DNA of 62,594 nt, from NCBI GenBank assembly GCA_947589685.1, contig CANQCN010000003.1, positions 1-62,594 of the forward strand, read 5' to 3'. Made by a program: the position numbers and the translations under genes. The notes under the pieces were generated by a model, which saw nothing but the letters and a program-made list of their open reading frames with translations, was not told where the DNA came from and did not search any database. Shown piece after piece: positions 27,800 to 36,873 of this stretch. The stretch's first letter is position 1, and the number at the start of each line of letters is the position of its first letter. Source of the DNA: an uncultured Clostridia bacterium. GTDB taxonomy: Bacteria; Bacillota; Clostridia; Christensenellales; CAG-314.

Positions 27800-29718
27800 T
27801 ATCTTACTTCCTTGCCGCTGTCCGTTTCCTTTTCCGGCGTCACAAACACGACGTTTTTGCCGTCCGCGGCGCACAGTATCATGCCGTTGGAATCCACTCC
27901 CCGTATTTTTGCGGGTTTGAGATTGCTTACTATGACGACGGTTTTGCCTATCATATATTCCGGCGAATAGTACTGCGCGATACCGCTCACCACCTGGCGT
28001 ACTTCGTCGCCTACTTGCAGTTTCATCACGAGCAGTTTGTCGCTTTTTGCCACCTTTTCGCAGCTTAGCACCTTTGCGGTGGCAAGCTTGACTTTTGCAA
28101 AGTCCTCTATGGATATTTGCGGCGTTTCGGGCTCGGCTTTTTCGGCTTGCTGCGCGGCAGCCAGCTTGTTTAACTCTTTTAGCTCCTTTTCTACGTCGAT
28201 ACGGTCAAAAAGGTTGTCTCCTTTGTGTACGGTCACTCCCTCTCCCGTTGCGCCGAAGCGGTCGAGCGCGCCGAAGTCTGTTGGTTGCGGCATGCCGATT
28301 TTGTCGAAAATGCGCGCCGCGGTGGCGGGGATAAAGGGTAGCAGCAATGTGGCGGCAAAGCGAATACACTCCGTCAGCACGTACATCACTGTCGCAAGAC
28401 GTTGCTTGTCGCCGTTTTTGTTTAGCGCCCAGGGCATTGTTTCGTCGATGTATTTGTTGGCGCGCTGGATTATGCGAAAAACGTCGCATAACGCGTCGGG
28501 CGCGGACAGCGCGTCCATATCTTTGCGTACTTGCGGCAGAGCGCCCTCGCAGATAGCTATCAACTCTCTGTCCAGATCGGTATATTCGTTCGGTTGAGGC
28601 ACCGTTCCGCCGAAGTATTGCGTTATCATTGCCGTGGTGCGGCTTACGAGATTGCCGAGGTCGTTTACGAGGTCGGCGTTGGTGCGCAGAAGCAAAGATT
28701 CGTCGGTGTACGTCCCGTCGCTGCCGAAGGGTATCTCACGCAGCAGATAGTAGCGTATGGCGTCCGCGCCGTAACGGTCGGCAAGCACCAGGGGATCCAC
28801 GACGTTGCCCTTGGATTTGCTCATTTTGTCATTGCCGAACAGCACCCAGCCGTGTCCGTAGACCTTTTTCGGCAGGGGCAGATCGAGCGCCATAAGCAGC
28901 GCGGGCCAGATAATGGTGTGAAAGCGCACTATCTCCTTGCCCACCATATGCAGATCGGCGGGCCAAAATTTGTCGAAAAGCGCGTGATCTTCCTGCAAAT
29001 AACCGAGCGCCGTGATGTAGTTTGTCAGCGCGTCTATCCACACGTATGCCACGTGTTTCGGGTCGAAAGGCAGTTTTACGCCCCAATCGAACGTGGTGCG
29101 CGACACGCACAGATCTTTCAGTCCCGGCTTGATAAAGTTGTTTATCATCTCGTTCATTCGGGATCTCGGACTGATAAAGTCGGGATTTTCCTTGTAAAAC
29201 TCTATCAAACGGTCTTGATACTTGCTCAGGCGGAAAAAGTAGCTTTCCTCTTTTTGCAGCTTGACTTCTCTGCCGCAGTCGGGACATTTTCCGTCTGCGA
29301 GCTGACTTTCCGTCCAAAAGCTTTCGCAAGGCGTACAGTACCAGCCCTCGTAGGTGGATTTGTACAGATCTCCGCTTGCAAGCAGTTTTTCGTACACTTT
29401 TTGCACCGTTTTTTCGTGGTAGTCGTCGGTGGTGCGGATAAATTTGTCGTAGCTTATGTTCAACGCTTTCCACAGCTTGGTTATCTGTTGGTGCAGATCG
29501 TCCACATATTGCTTGGGGGTCACTCCCGCCGTTTCCGCTTTTTGCTGCACCTTTTGACCGTGTTCGTCGGTACCCGTCAGATAAAACACGTCGTAGCCGT
29601 CCATTCGCTTGAAGCGCGCTATCGCGTCGCAAATGACCGTCGTGTAGCAGTGTCCGATATGCAGCTTGCCGCTGCTGTAATATATGGGCGTTGTGATGTA
29701 GTAGGTGGGTTTGCTCAT
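27799..29718 (-). CDS. metG: Methionine--tRNA ligase with C-terminal tRNA-binding domain
   Basis: YITTPIYY, HIGH, GTDEHGQK, KMSKSKGN, C-terminal NLKPAKIRGVDSNGM. Confidence 0.98.
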   Translation of the reverse strand: MSKPTYYITTPIYYSSGKLHIGHCYTTVICDAIARFKRMDGYDVFYLTGTDEHGQKVQQKAETAGVTPKQYVDDLHQQITKLWKALNISYDKFIRTTDDYHEKTVQKVYEKLLASGDLYKSTYEGWYCTPCESFWTESQLADGKCPDCGREVKLQKEESYFFRLSKYQDRLIEFYKENPDFISPRSRMNEMINNFIKPGLKDLCVSRTTFDWGVKLPFDPKHVAYVWIDALTNYITALGYLQEDHALFDKFWPADLHMVGKEIVRFHTIIWPALLMALDLPLPKKVYGHGWVLFGNDKMSKSKGNVVDPLVLADRYGADAIRYYLLREIPFGSDGTYTDESLLLRTNADLVNDLGNLVSRTTAMITQYFGGTVPQPNEYTDLDRELIAICEGALPQVRKDMDALSAPDALCDVFRIIQRANKYIDETMPWALNKNGDKQRLATVMYVLTECIRFAATLLLPFIPATAARIFDKIGMPQPTDFGALDRFGATGEGVTVHKGDNLFDRIDVEKELKELNKLAAAQQAEKAEPETPQISIEDFAKVKLATAKVLSCEKVAKSDKLLVMKLQVGDEVRQVVSGIAQYYSPEYMIGKTVVIVSNLKPAKIRGVDSNGMILCAADGKNVVFVTPEKETDSGKEVR

Positions 29719-29924
29719 AATTTTGCCTCTCTTTCGGGCGCGGCGAATGAAACCGCCCCAAATAATATTGCTAATATTGTATATCATTTGACCTTTTTTG
29801 TAAACAGTTATGCGGTCGGCTTGCGCAAATAGGGCGCAAAAGTGGCGAAATTCTATCCCGAACGCCCGTTGCGGCAAAGGCGGGCAGGGTACTTGTATTG
29901 CGCAGACTTCGCGGACGTATGTTG

Positions 29925-29932
29925 CATACAAT
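29925..29932 (+). promoter_or_regulatory. Putative sigma-E -10 box for spmAB
   Basis: CATACAAT 50 nt upstream of spmA. spmAB is sigma-E dependent in B. subtilis. Confidence 0.5.
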
Positions 29933-29981
29933 TGCGGCGGCAACAGTAAAATATAGCTATGAAACTGTTCGGAAGAGTGGA

Positions 29982-30536
29982 ATGAATATCGTTTGGACGG
30001 TGGTGACGGCGGCGGCGTTGATCGCATTGACCGTTGTCGACGCGCAAAGCGTGCTTACCGTGTGTATGAACAGCTGTTCTCAGGCGGTAAACGCCGCTTT
30101 GGGATTGTGCGGCGTGTACTGTCTGTGGCTGGGGATATTCGAGGTGGCAAACAGGTGCAAATTGGTGGAGAAGCTTTCGGGCTGTTTTCGCCGTCTCAAC
30201 AAATTTCTTTACGGCAACATAAGCGAAGTTGCGCAACGCTACATTTCCCTCAATCTCGCCTCCAACCTGCTGGGAGTGGGCAACGCCGCCACGCCGTCGG
30301 CGATAGCGGCGATACGCGAAACGGAGCATACGGACAAGCTGTCCCGCAGCGGGGCGATGCTTTTTGTCGTCAACGCGACAAGCGTACAGCTTATTCCCTC
30401 CACCGTGATGGGATTGCGCGCGCAGCTCGGTTCCGCCTCGCCGTCGGATATTCTGCTGCCCAATCTGATAGCCACCGCCGTCACGTCCGTCGTGGGCGCG
30501 GCGTTGGTTTTTTGCGCGTACGGCAGGGCGAAATGA
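29982..30536 (+). CDS. spmA: Spore maturation protein A
   Basis: NLLGVGNAATP, FVVNATSVQLIP. Confidence 0.93.
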   Translation: MNIVWTVVTAAALIALTVVDAQSVLTVCMNSCSQAVNAALGLCGVYCLWLGIFEVANRCKLVEKLSGCFRRLNKFLYGNISEVAQRYISLNLASNLLGVGNAATPSAIAAIRETEHTDKLSRSGAMLFVVNATSVQLIPSTVMGLRAQLGSASPSDILLPNLIATAVTSVVGAALVFCAYGRAK

Positions 30537-31036
30537 ACTACGTGGTGCCCGCGCTGCTCATCGCCGTGCTTGTCGCGGGCTTGATCAAGCGCGTAAACGT
30601 CTACGACAGCTTTGTGTTGGGCGCGCGCAAGTCTTTCGATCTGTCGCTGACGGTTTTTCCCTACCTTGCCGCCATTTTCGTAATGGTAAACGCCTTGCAC
30701 GCAAGCGGACTTGACGCGTACGTGACCAAATTGCTCGCGCCGCCCTTCCGATTGCTCGGTATTCCCGACGAGGTGGTGCAGTTGGTGCTGTTGCGGCCGT
30801 TCAGCGGCAGCGGCAGTCTTGCGATACTCACCGACGTGTACAACAATTACGGCGTGGACAGCTATGTCGGCAGATGCGCTTCCGTCATTATGGGCAGCAG
30901 CGAAACGGTGTTTTACGTTGCGTCCGTCTACTTTGCAGGCACAAAAGTGCGACATACGGGTTGGGCGATACCCATCGCGCTGTTTTGCAATCTTCTCGGC
31001 GCCGTCGTCGCCTGTCTGCTGTGCAGGATAATGTAG
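30533..31036 (+). CDS. spmB: Spore maturation protein B
   Basis: VYDSFVLGA, LRPFSGSGS, GSSETVFY. Confidence 0.94.
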   Translation: MNYVVPALLIAVLVAGLIKRVNVYDSFVLGARKSFDLSLTVFPYLAAIFVMVNALHASGLDAYVTKLLAPPFRLLGIPDEVVQLVLLRPFSGSGSLAILTDVYNNYGVDSYVGRCASVIMGSSETVFYVASVYFAGTKVRHTGWAIPIALFCNLLGAVVACLLCRIM

Positions 31037-31166
31037 ATCACGCGCTTTTTTCCGCTTGCTGTCGACGTAATAAAAACAAATAAAATCAAAAAAAGTCATT
31101 ACTTTACAAATACCCCTGTACTGCCTGTTGTACCATTGCCGCAGACGACTATCGGAGAACAAGGCA

Positions 31167-33446
31167 ATGAAAGTAAAAACGGACGGGCTGAAAAACAAAC
31201 TTACTGTAAAAACTATCCTGCTGTACGTGCTGTATGCGGCGCTGGCGGTATGTTCGGGCGGCGTGATGGGCGGCAATCTTACCTTCGGGCTGTTTGTGGG
31301 GGCGGTGTATTCCGCCAATCCGCTCATCGCGTTGGTTATCTATTTGGGCGGCAGCGCCGTTTACGGGTGGAATTGTCTGCTGCATGCGGGGGTAAAGTCG
31401 GCTATCGTGATGTTGGTGGCGACAGTCTACCGTTTTGCCAAACGCAAAATAGGCAAAATGATGTTGCTTTTGTACCTTGTAGCCGCAAATATTTTTTATC
31501 TTGCGTACGGTTTTACCGATTATTTCGACCTTTTCGACAAATTTATTTTTGCGGCTTGCGGGATAGCCTTTGCGTACGTGTCTATCTACACCTTTCGCGC
31601 CGTGTTCGTGCGCGGGCTCAACTACCGCCCCGCGTTGGACGAGACGGTTTGCATAGGGCTGTTTGTCGTGGTGTCGGCGTACTGCGTTTCTCAAATAACG
31701 TTCGGACAGTTTCAGCTGATATATTTCATAGCGCCCTTTGCGCTGCTGTTTTCCGCGGTATGCTTCGGCGACAAGGCGAGCTTGTGCGCCGCGATACTCA
31801 TCGGAATTGGCAACGTGTTTGCCACGGGAGACTACGGTTGCTGCGTCTATTGCGCCGTGGCGGCGCTCGTTGCGGTAACGCTGTGCCGCGTAAGCAGGTA
31901 TCTCGGCGCGTTGGCTGTGCTTATGGCGGATGTGTTGATGAGCTATTTCCTCGATCTGCACGGCGCTTTCAATGTGGTGACGGTGGCTCCGACGTTCGCT
32001 TCGGCGCTCGTATTTGTCGTGATCCCCACCAGGGTGTTTACCTATCTGCACGATTACTGCGCGGGCAATGCCGACAGGTATCTGAGCAAAACGGTGGTGG
32101 AAAAAATGGGCGATACCGTTTCCAGACGGCTTGTGCGCCTTTCGGATATTTTTCTGTCTATGAAAAACGCCTTTTTCACGATGTCGGCGGGCACGGTGTC
32201 GCCGGAAGAGGCGGAGCGCGCCATTGTCAAGCAGTGTTCGGAAACGGTCTGTCGCGATTGCGAGGGACGGGTGCGGTGTTGGCGGCAAAATCTCGCCCAA
32301 ACGGAACAAAACCTGTTGCAGTTGGGCGTATGCGCCGTCAAGCGCGGCAGATGTACCATTCTCGACGTGCCGCAGTCCCTTTCCGTGCGGTGCGACAGAG
32401 TGTCGGGCTTGCTCAGCGAGGTAAACGCGCAAGCGCAGGTGTATCGCAGCTACAAGGAGCGCGCCGAAACGGCGGACAACGGCAAGGTGCTTTTGGGCGA
32501 GCAAATGGGCGGCGTTTCCGATCTGCTGATGCAGTTGGCAAACGAAACGAAAAACCGCTCCACGTGCGACCGCAATCGGGAACAGGAGCTGGTGGAAAAG
32601 CTGGTTTTTCACAACGTTTTGTGCAAAGGGGCTGCGATAGCTCAACAAAAGGAGATCGTCACGGTGGTGCTTACCGTTTCGGCAAAGGACGTGGACAGAG
32701 AAACTATCGAAAAGGTGGTCTCGACAACGCTCAAACAGCCCGTCGCTGTGGAGCGAGTCGAGCAAACGGAAAGCGACGCCTGGGTAAACGTGTTGCTTGC
32801 CGTCAAACCGCGCTACAACGTCGTTTTCGGAGTCAGCTCCGCGCCCAAGTTTGGCAACGACGTCAGCGGCGACACTCACAGCGTTACGCAGACGGACAAC
32901 GGCAAATGTATCATCGCGCTTTGCGACGGTATGGGCAACGGCGCCAAGGCGGAGGCGATGTCCGCTACCTCCATCAGTCTGGTGGAGAGCTTTTACCGCG
33001 CAGGCTTCGACAACGACACCATTTTGTCCTGCGTCAACAAGCTGTTGGTGGGCAGCGGAAACGAGATATTTTGCGCGGTGGATATGGTGGTGCTGGATCT
33101 GTACAACGGCTTGGCGGATTTCATCAAGTTGGGGGCTTGCTCCGGCTTGGTGCGCTCCGCCGGCAAGGTGGAGATCGTCAGCGGCAGCAGTCTGCCTCTC
33201 GGCGTGTTGGAGGAGATGACTCCGTCCGTAACGAAAAAGGCGCTTTTGGGCGGGGATACGGTGGTGCTGATGTCCGACGGAGTTGCCGATTGCTTCAAAG
33301 ACCCCAACGCGATCGCGCAGGCGTTTGCCGAAGTGGCGCTCAACGTGCCGCAAAGCGTGGCGGAGGTGCTGCTCAACAGAGCGCTCAAACTGTGCAACGG
33401 CAAACCGACGGACGATATGACGGTGATCGTGGCAAAGCTGTCCTGA
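31167..33446 (+). CDS. spoIIE: Stage II sporulation protein E (membrane PP2C phosphatase)
   Basis: N-terminal TM domain, CRDC...C..CW, SGD, CDGMGNG, MSDGV, DDMTV. Confidence 0.93.
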   Translation: MKVKTDGLKNKLTVKTILLYVLYAALAVCSGGVMGGNLTFGLFVGAVYSANPLIALVIYLGGSAVYGWNCLLHAGVKSAIVMLVATVYRFAKRKIGKMMLLLYLVAANIFYLAYGFTDYFDLFDKFIFAACGIAFAYVSIYTFRAVFVRGLNYRPALDETVCIGLFVVVSAYCVSQITFGQFQLIYFIAPFALLFSAVCFGDKASLCAAILIGIGNVFATGDYGCCVYCAVAALVAVTLCRVSRYLGALAVLMADVLMSYFLDLHGAFNVVTVAPTFASALVFVVIPTRVFTYLHDYCAGNADRYLSKTVVEKMGDTVSRRLVRLSDIFLSMKNAFFTMSAGTVSPEEAERAIVKQCSETVCRDCEGRVRCWRQNLAQTEQNLLQLGVCAVKRGRCTILDVPQSLSVRCDRVSGLLSEVNAQAQVYRSYKERAETADNGKVLLGEQMGGVSDLLMQLANETKNRSTCDRNREQELVEKLVFHNVLCKGAAIAQQKEIVTVVLTVSAKDVDRETIEKVVSTTLKQPVAVERVEQTESDAWVNVLLAVKPRYNVVFGVSSAPKFGNDVSGDTHSVTQTDNGKCIIALCDGMGNGAKAEAMSATSISLVESFYRAGFDNDTILSCVNKLLVGSGNEIFCAVDMVVLDLYNGLADFIKLGACSGLVRSAGKVEIVSGSSLPLGVLEEMTPSVTKKALLGGDTVVLMSDGVADCFKDPNAIAQAFAEVALNVPQSVAEVLLNRALKLCNGKPTDDMTVIVAKLS

Positions 33447-33489
33447 AAAACATATTTATATACTGTTTCGGGCACAAAGGAGCGTTATT

Positions 33490-34089
33490 TTGTCACAGTA
33501 CGTTTTGGGATCCGCCGTCAAGGTCGGGCGCGGGGTGACGATCGAGCCGTATGCGGTCGTCAAGGGGAACTCCGTGTTGGGCGACAACTGCACGGTGGGC
33601 AGTTTCAGTTACATAGAAAATTCCGTTATCGGCGCTTACACCGAGGTGAAAGCCTCGCGCGTTACGGACAGCATGGTGGGAGAGCATTGCACGGTCGGTC
33701 CCAACGCCCATTTGCGCGACGGAGCTATCGTCGGCGACAACTGTCGCGTGGGCAACTTTGTGGAGATCAAGCGCAGCGTTTTGCACGATGGCGTAAAGGC
33801 GTCGCACCTGAGCTACATCGGCGACGCGGAGGTGGGCGCGCGCACAAATATCGGCTGCGGAGTTATCTTTGTCAATTTCGACGGAAAAACCAAGCACCGC
33901 ACCTCCGTGGGCGAGGATTGCTTCATCGGTTGCAACGCCAATCTCGTCGCGCCCCTCAGCATAGGCAAGGGCTGTTTTGTGGCGTGCGGCACCACGGTGG
34001 ACAAGGACGTCCCCGACGGCGCGTTCAGCATCGGGCGCAGTTATCTCACGGTAAAGGAGGGTCGCGCGCGCAAGTATCTCGACAAGTGA
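33490..34089 (+). CDS. Stand-alone GlmU C-terminal acetyltransferase (left-handed beta-helix) domain
   Basis: VGPNAHLR, VGNFVEIK, HLSYIGDA, NIGCG, VNFDG..K, FIGCN. AAGGAG RBS before TTG. Confidence 0.88.
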   Translation: MSQYVLGSAVKVGRGVTIEPYAVVKGNSVLGDNCTVGSFSYIENSVIGAYTEVKASRVTDSMVGEHCTVGPNAHLRDGAIVGDNCRVGNFVEIKRSVLHDGVKASHLSYIGDAEVGARTNIGCGVIFVNFDGKTKHRTSVGEDCFIGCNANLVAPLSIGKGCFVACGTTVDKDVPDGAFSIGRSYLTVKEGRARKYLDK

Positions 34090-34123
34090 TTGACATTTGA
34101 CCGCATTTTGCTAAAATAGTGGT

Positions 34124-34714
34124 ATGACTTTTCTTTCTGTCAACAACGTCGAGGCGGGCGGAGCCGAGGTGTGGCTGGCGCAATTCGATCCCGCACTGAC
34201 CGTGCGCGCGGTGCAGCCCGCTTTGCGCAACGACTACATACTTGCGGCAACGGATCCGCTTCTTCGCCGTCAGCGCTACGCCGTGTGGCGGCTGTTGGAC
34301 GTGGCTCTCGCCGCCAAGTCGGGCAAGGGCGCCGACGAGCGGCAATTTCGCCGTCTGCCAAGCGGCAAGTGGGTGTGCGATCCGTCCGAATGGTATTTTT
34401 CGCTAAGTCACAGCGGCAACGTCGTCGCGGTGGCTTTGTGCGACGTTCCCGTCGGCGTGGACGTTCAGCGCTTGGAGGATTTCGTCGGGCGCGACGAGCT
34501 TGCCCGCCGCATACTCGATAGCGACGAGCGGGCGCGCTTCGATACCCTCGCGGGCGACAGCCGCGTTCGCTACCTTGCCGAAATGTGGGCTGCCAAGGAG
34601 AGCCTTTTCAAGCAAAGCGGCGGCGAAGTTTTTGTCCCTTCCGATTGGCAAGGTTCTTCCGCGCTTACGCTGTCCGCTCCCAACGGATACGTTGCGGCGG
34701 TGGCGGCAAAGTGA
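34124..34714 (+). CDS. Sfp-type 4'-phosphopantetheinyl transferase family protein
   Basis: FSLSHSG, VGVDVQ, WAAKESLFK. Confidence 0.88.
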   Translation: MTFLSVNNVEAGGAEVWLAQFDPALTVRAVQPALRNDYILAATDPLLRRQRYAVWRLLDVALAAKSGKGADERQFRRLPSGKWVCDPSEWYFSLSHSGNVVAVALCDVPVGVDVQRLEDFVGRDELARRILDSDERARFDTLAGDSRVRYLAEMWAAKESLFKQSGGEVFVPSDWQGSSALTLSAPNGYVAAVAAK

Positions 34715-34983
34715 CGTTTTTGCCCTTTCGTTATGCGCCGCTACTTAAATGTTATGGTTTGGAAATAAGTATTGTATATACTATATATACGAAACGCGAA
34801 TTTGCATACTTTGTTTTCATTTTTATCTTTTTGTATTGAAAGAGTGAAGAGTAGGGTGTAAAATTCCATATGTACACGTATGCGTGCCGAAAGGGGAGTT
34901 TTATCCTTTTAACATAAGCGGCTCGGCGGTGTACAATTACATACGAAGATTTTTTGCAACATTGCAGGGACCGCCTGCAGGCG

Positions 34984-35118
34984 GCTTTTCGTTTTGCAAA
35001 ACGAAAAGCACGTTGGTTACAAGTTCGGGAAAGTGGAAAAACGCAGCAAGCGAGCTGAGAGGAACAAGTAACATCAACCCTTTTCGTTTTACGAAAACGA
35101 AAAGCACGTTGTCTACAA
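34984..35118. repeat. Two direct copies of a palindromic element upstream of the starch operon
   Basis: GCTTTTCGTTTTGCAAAACGAAAAGC (34984-35009) and CTTTTCGTTTTACGAAAACGAAAAG (35080-35104), each followed by CACGTTGnnTACAA. Confidence 0.8.
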
Positions 35119-35244
35119 AGCAAAACAATGTGCATAGGCGGAAGCGGTATATGCGAGATAAATACAAATATGTGTTTTACGATAAGGTTTTTGCGGCGTA
35201 AGCCGAAAAAATAAAAAAACAAATTTAGAGGAGAAAAACAAACA

Positions 35245-36732
35245 ATGAAAAATGTAAAAAGAATTTTGACCCTGTTGGTCGTTCTTGCTATGGTTTTCGG
35301 ATGTCTTTTCGCTATCGCGGCTTGCAAGCCCGATGAAGAAGACCCCAACAAAAAACCGCCCGTTGGCGGCGACACTACGGACATTCCGACAGCCGATGGA
35401 AAGGTAACGCTGTATCTCACGGCGGAATTCGGCGAAACGCCTGCCGAATATGTTTCCATTTTCTATTGTGGCGGTGCAAATGGATGGATAGACGGAGCTA
35501 GTAAACCTGGTGATGTTATGGGAGTGTCTGCTATGACTCGTCTCGGCACAACCAACACCTATTACATCCAAGTTGCTTTGGATACCACAGCAAGTCAGTA
35601 CAACGAGTACAAAGTCGGCTTTGGCTACAACGACAAGAGTCCCTTGCCCAAAGATAAGTGGGGTATGCAAAACTATGGATATTGCTCCGACGAGTGTCCC
35701 ACAGATATGACCAATGTCACCTTCGAGTGGGACGGCAGCGCCAAGACGGTAGATCTCGGCACTCACCACTTCAACAAAACGTTGCCCCCTGCCGAAAGAG
35801 CTAACTTCACGTTGGCAGTCAGATTCTCCGAGCCTCTCGGCGAAAATGCGGAAGTGTACTTTATGGGCGCTTTCACCACCCCCGGTTGGAATGCAGCGGC
35901 AGGAAAGGCAACTATCAGTGAAGACCGCACGATGGCTACCCTTGATCTTACACAAGTAGTTATCGCTTCCTACGAGTACAAGGTAGTTGTTTGCGAAGAT
36001 GTTACGAAAATCGAACCCGAATTCATAGACGCCGACGGCAACATCGACGTTTGGAACGCTCTTTACAAAACCGATTACAAGAGCGAGGACGGCAAACCCG
36101 TCAGAGCGTTTATTGAGCTTAACGCGGGCGGCGGCAACATCAGTGTATTGTTTACCCGTCTTAACAAAAACTCTACCGTTTACCTTGCGGGAACCACTGC
36201 TGCCGACGCGGATGAACCCGTTGCTATCGATCTCGGCGAGGCTGTTGTTTCCGAACACCAAAACAGTGGTGTAGGCGACGGAACATACGATCGCAAGATC
36301 GACATCAATGCTACCGCGGCAAAGAATACCGTACAATTCCAAATTAAATTTGCGGCGGCTGTGGCTGAAAATTTGCATGTATATCTTGTTGGCGATTTCA
36401 ACTCTTGGACGGCAGTTGAAATGAAAGCAAATGAAGATCGCACTGTTTTCACGGTATCGATTGAAATGCTTGCAAAGGATACGGCAGGTTTGCTTTCCGG
36501 CGCCAATAACAAGCGTCCCGACGGTAAATGCCAATACAAGGTCGTTGTTTCTGCCAACGAGTTCAGTTGGGAAGATTCCACGCGTATCGACATTGGTTGC
36601 TCCGGTGACTCAGACGGCGGTAGCACGGTTCTTGCACAACAAGGCGCTAAAAACTTTGGACAAAGCGGATTTACGGCTGATGGCGTCAATAAACTCTTTG
36701 ACGACGCAACTATCACTCTCCCCGCTGCATAA
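35245..36732 (+). CDS. Lipoprotein with tandem putative starch-binding (CBM-like) domains
   Basis: Lipobox IAAC, three repeats of the type VYLVGDFNSW...M...YKVV, first gene of the starch locus. Confidence 0.7.
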   Translation: MKNVKRILTLLVVLAMVFGCLFAIAACKPDEEDPNKKPPVGGDTTDIPTADGKVTLYLTAEFGETPAEYVSIFYCGGANGWIDGASKPGDVMGVSAMTRLGTTNTYYIQVALDTTASQYNEYKVGFGYNDKSPLPKDKWGMQNYGYCSDECPTDMTNVTFEWDGSAKTVDLGTHHFNKTLPPAERANFTLAVRFSEPLGENAEVYFMGAFTTPGWNAAAGKATISEDRTMATLDLTQVVIASYEYKVVVCEDVTKIEPEFIDADGNIDVWNALYKTDYKSEDGKPVRAFIELNAGGGNISVLFTRLNKNSTVYLAGTTAADADEPVAIDLGEAVVSEHQNSGVGDGTYDRKIDINATAAKNTVQFQIKFAAAVAENLHVYLVGDFNSWTAVEMKANEDRTVFTVSIEMLAKDTAGLLSGANNKRPDGKCQYKVVVSANEFSWEDSTRIDIGCSGDSDGGSTVLAQQGAKNFGQSGFTADGVNKLFDDATITLPAA

Positions 36733-36873
36733 TCAAAAGAGGAACTAAGTTTACACTGCTACGGCGGAGCGATCCGTTGTAGCGGTGCAAACTCTTTTTT
36801 GGAGAAAAAACAAATTGTACCGCCACGGGCGGAAATTTATCCCGCAAGGGAAATAAAAAAAACGGAGAATTTT

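Noticed and set aside
29720-29900. T-box or SAM riboswitch before metG
   Set aside because: No T-box or S-box motif seen, and the promoter lies too close to the start.
29959-29985. 8-codon uORF overlapping the spmA start
   Set aside because: No SD and easily arises by chance. spmA has its own purine-rich RBS.
31136-33538. 800-aa and 734-aa ORFs overlapping spoIIE, and similar shadow ORFs elsewhere
   Set aside because: Alternative-frame or antisense products of GC-rich codon bias, with no motifs.
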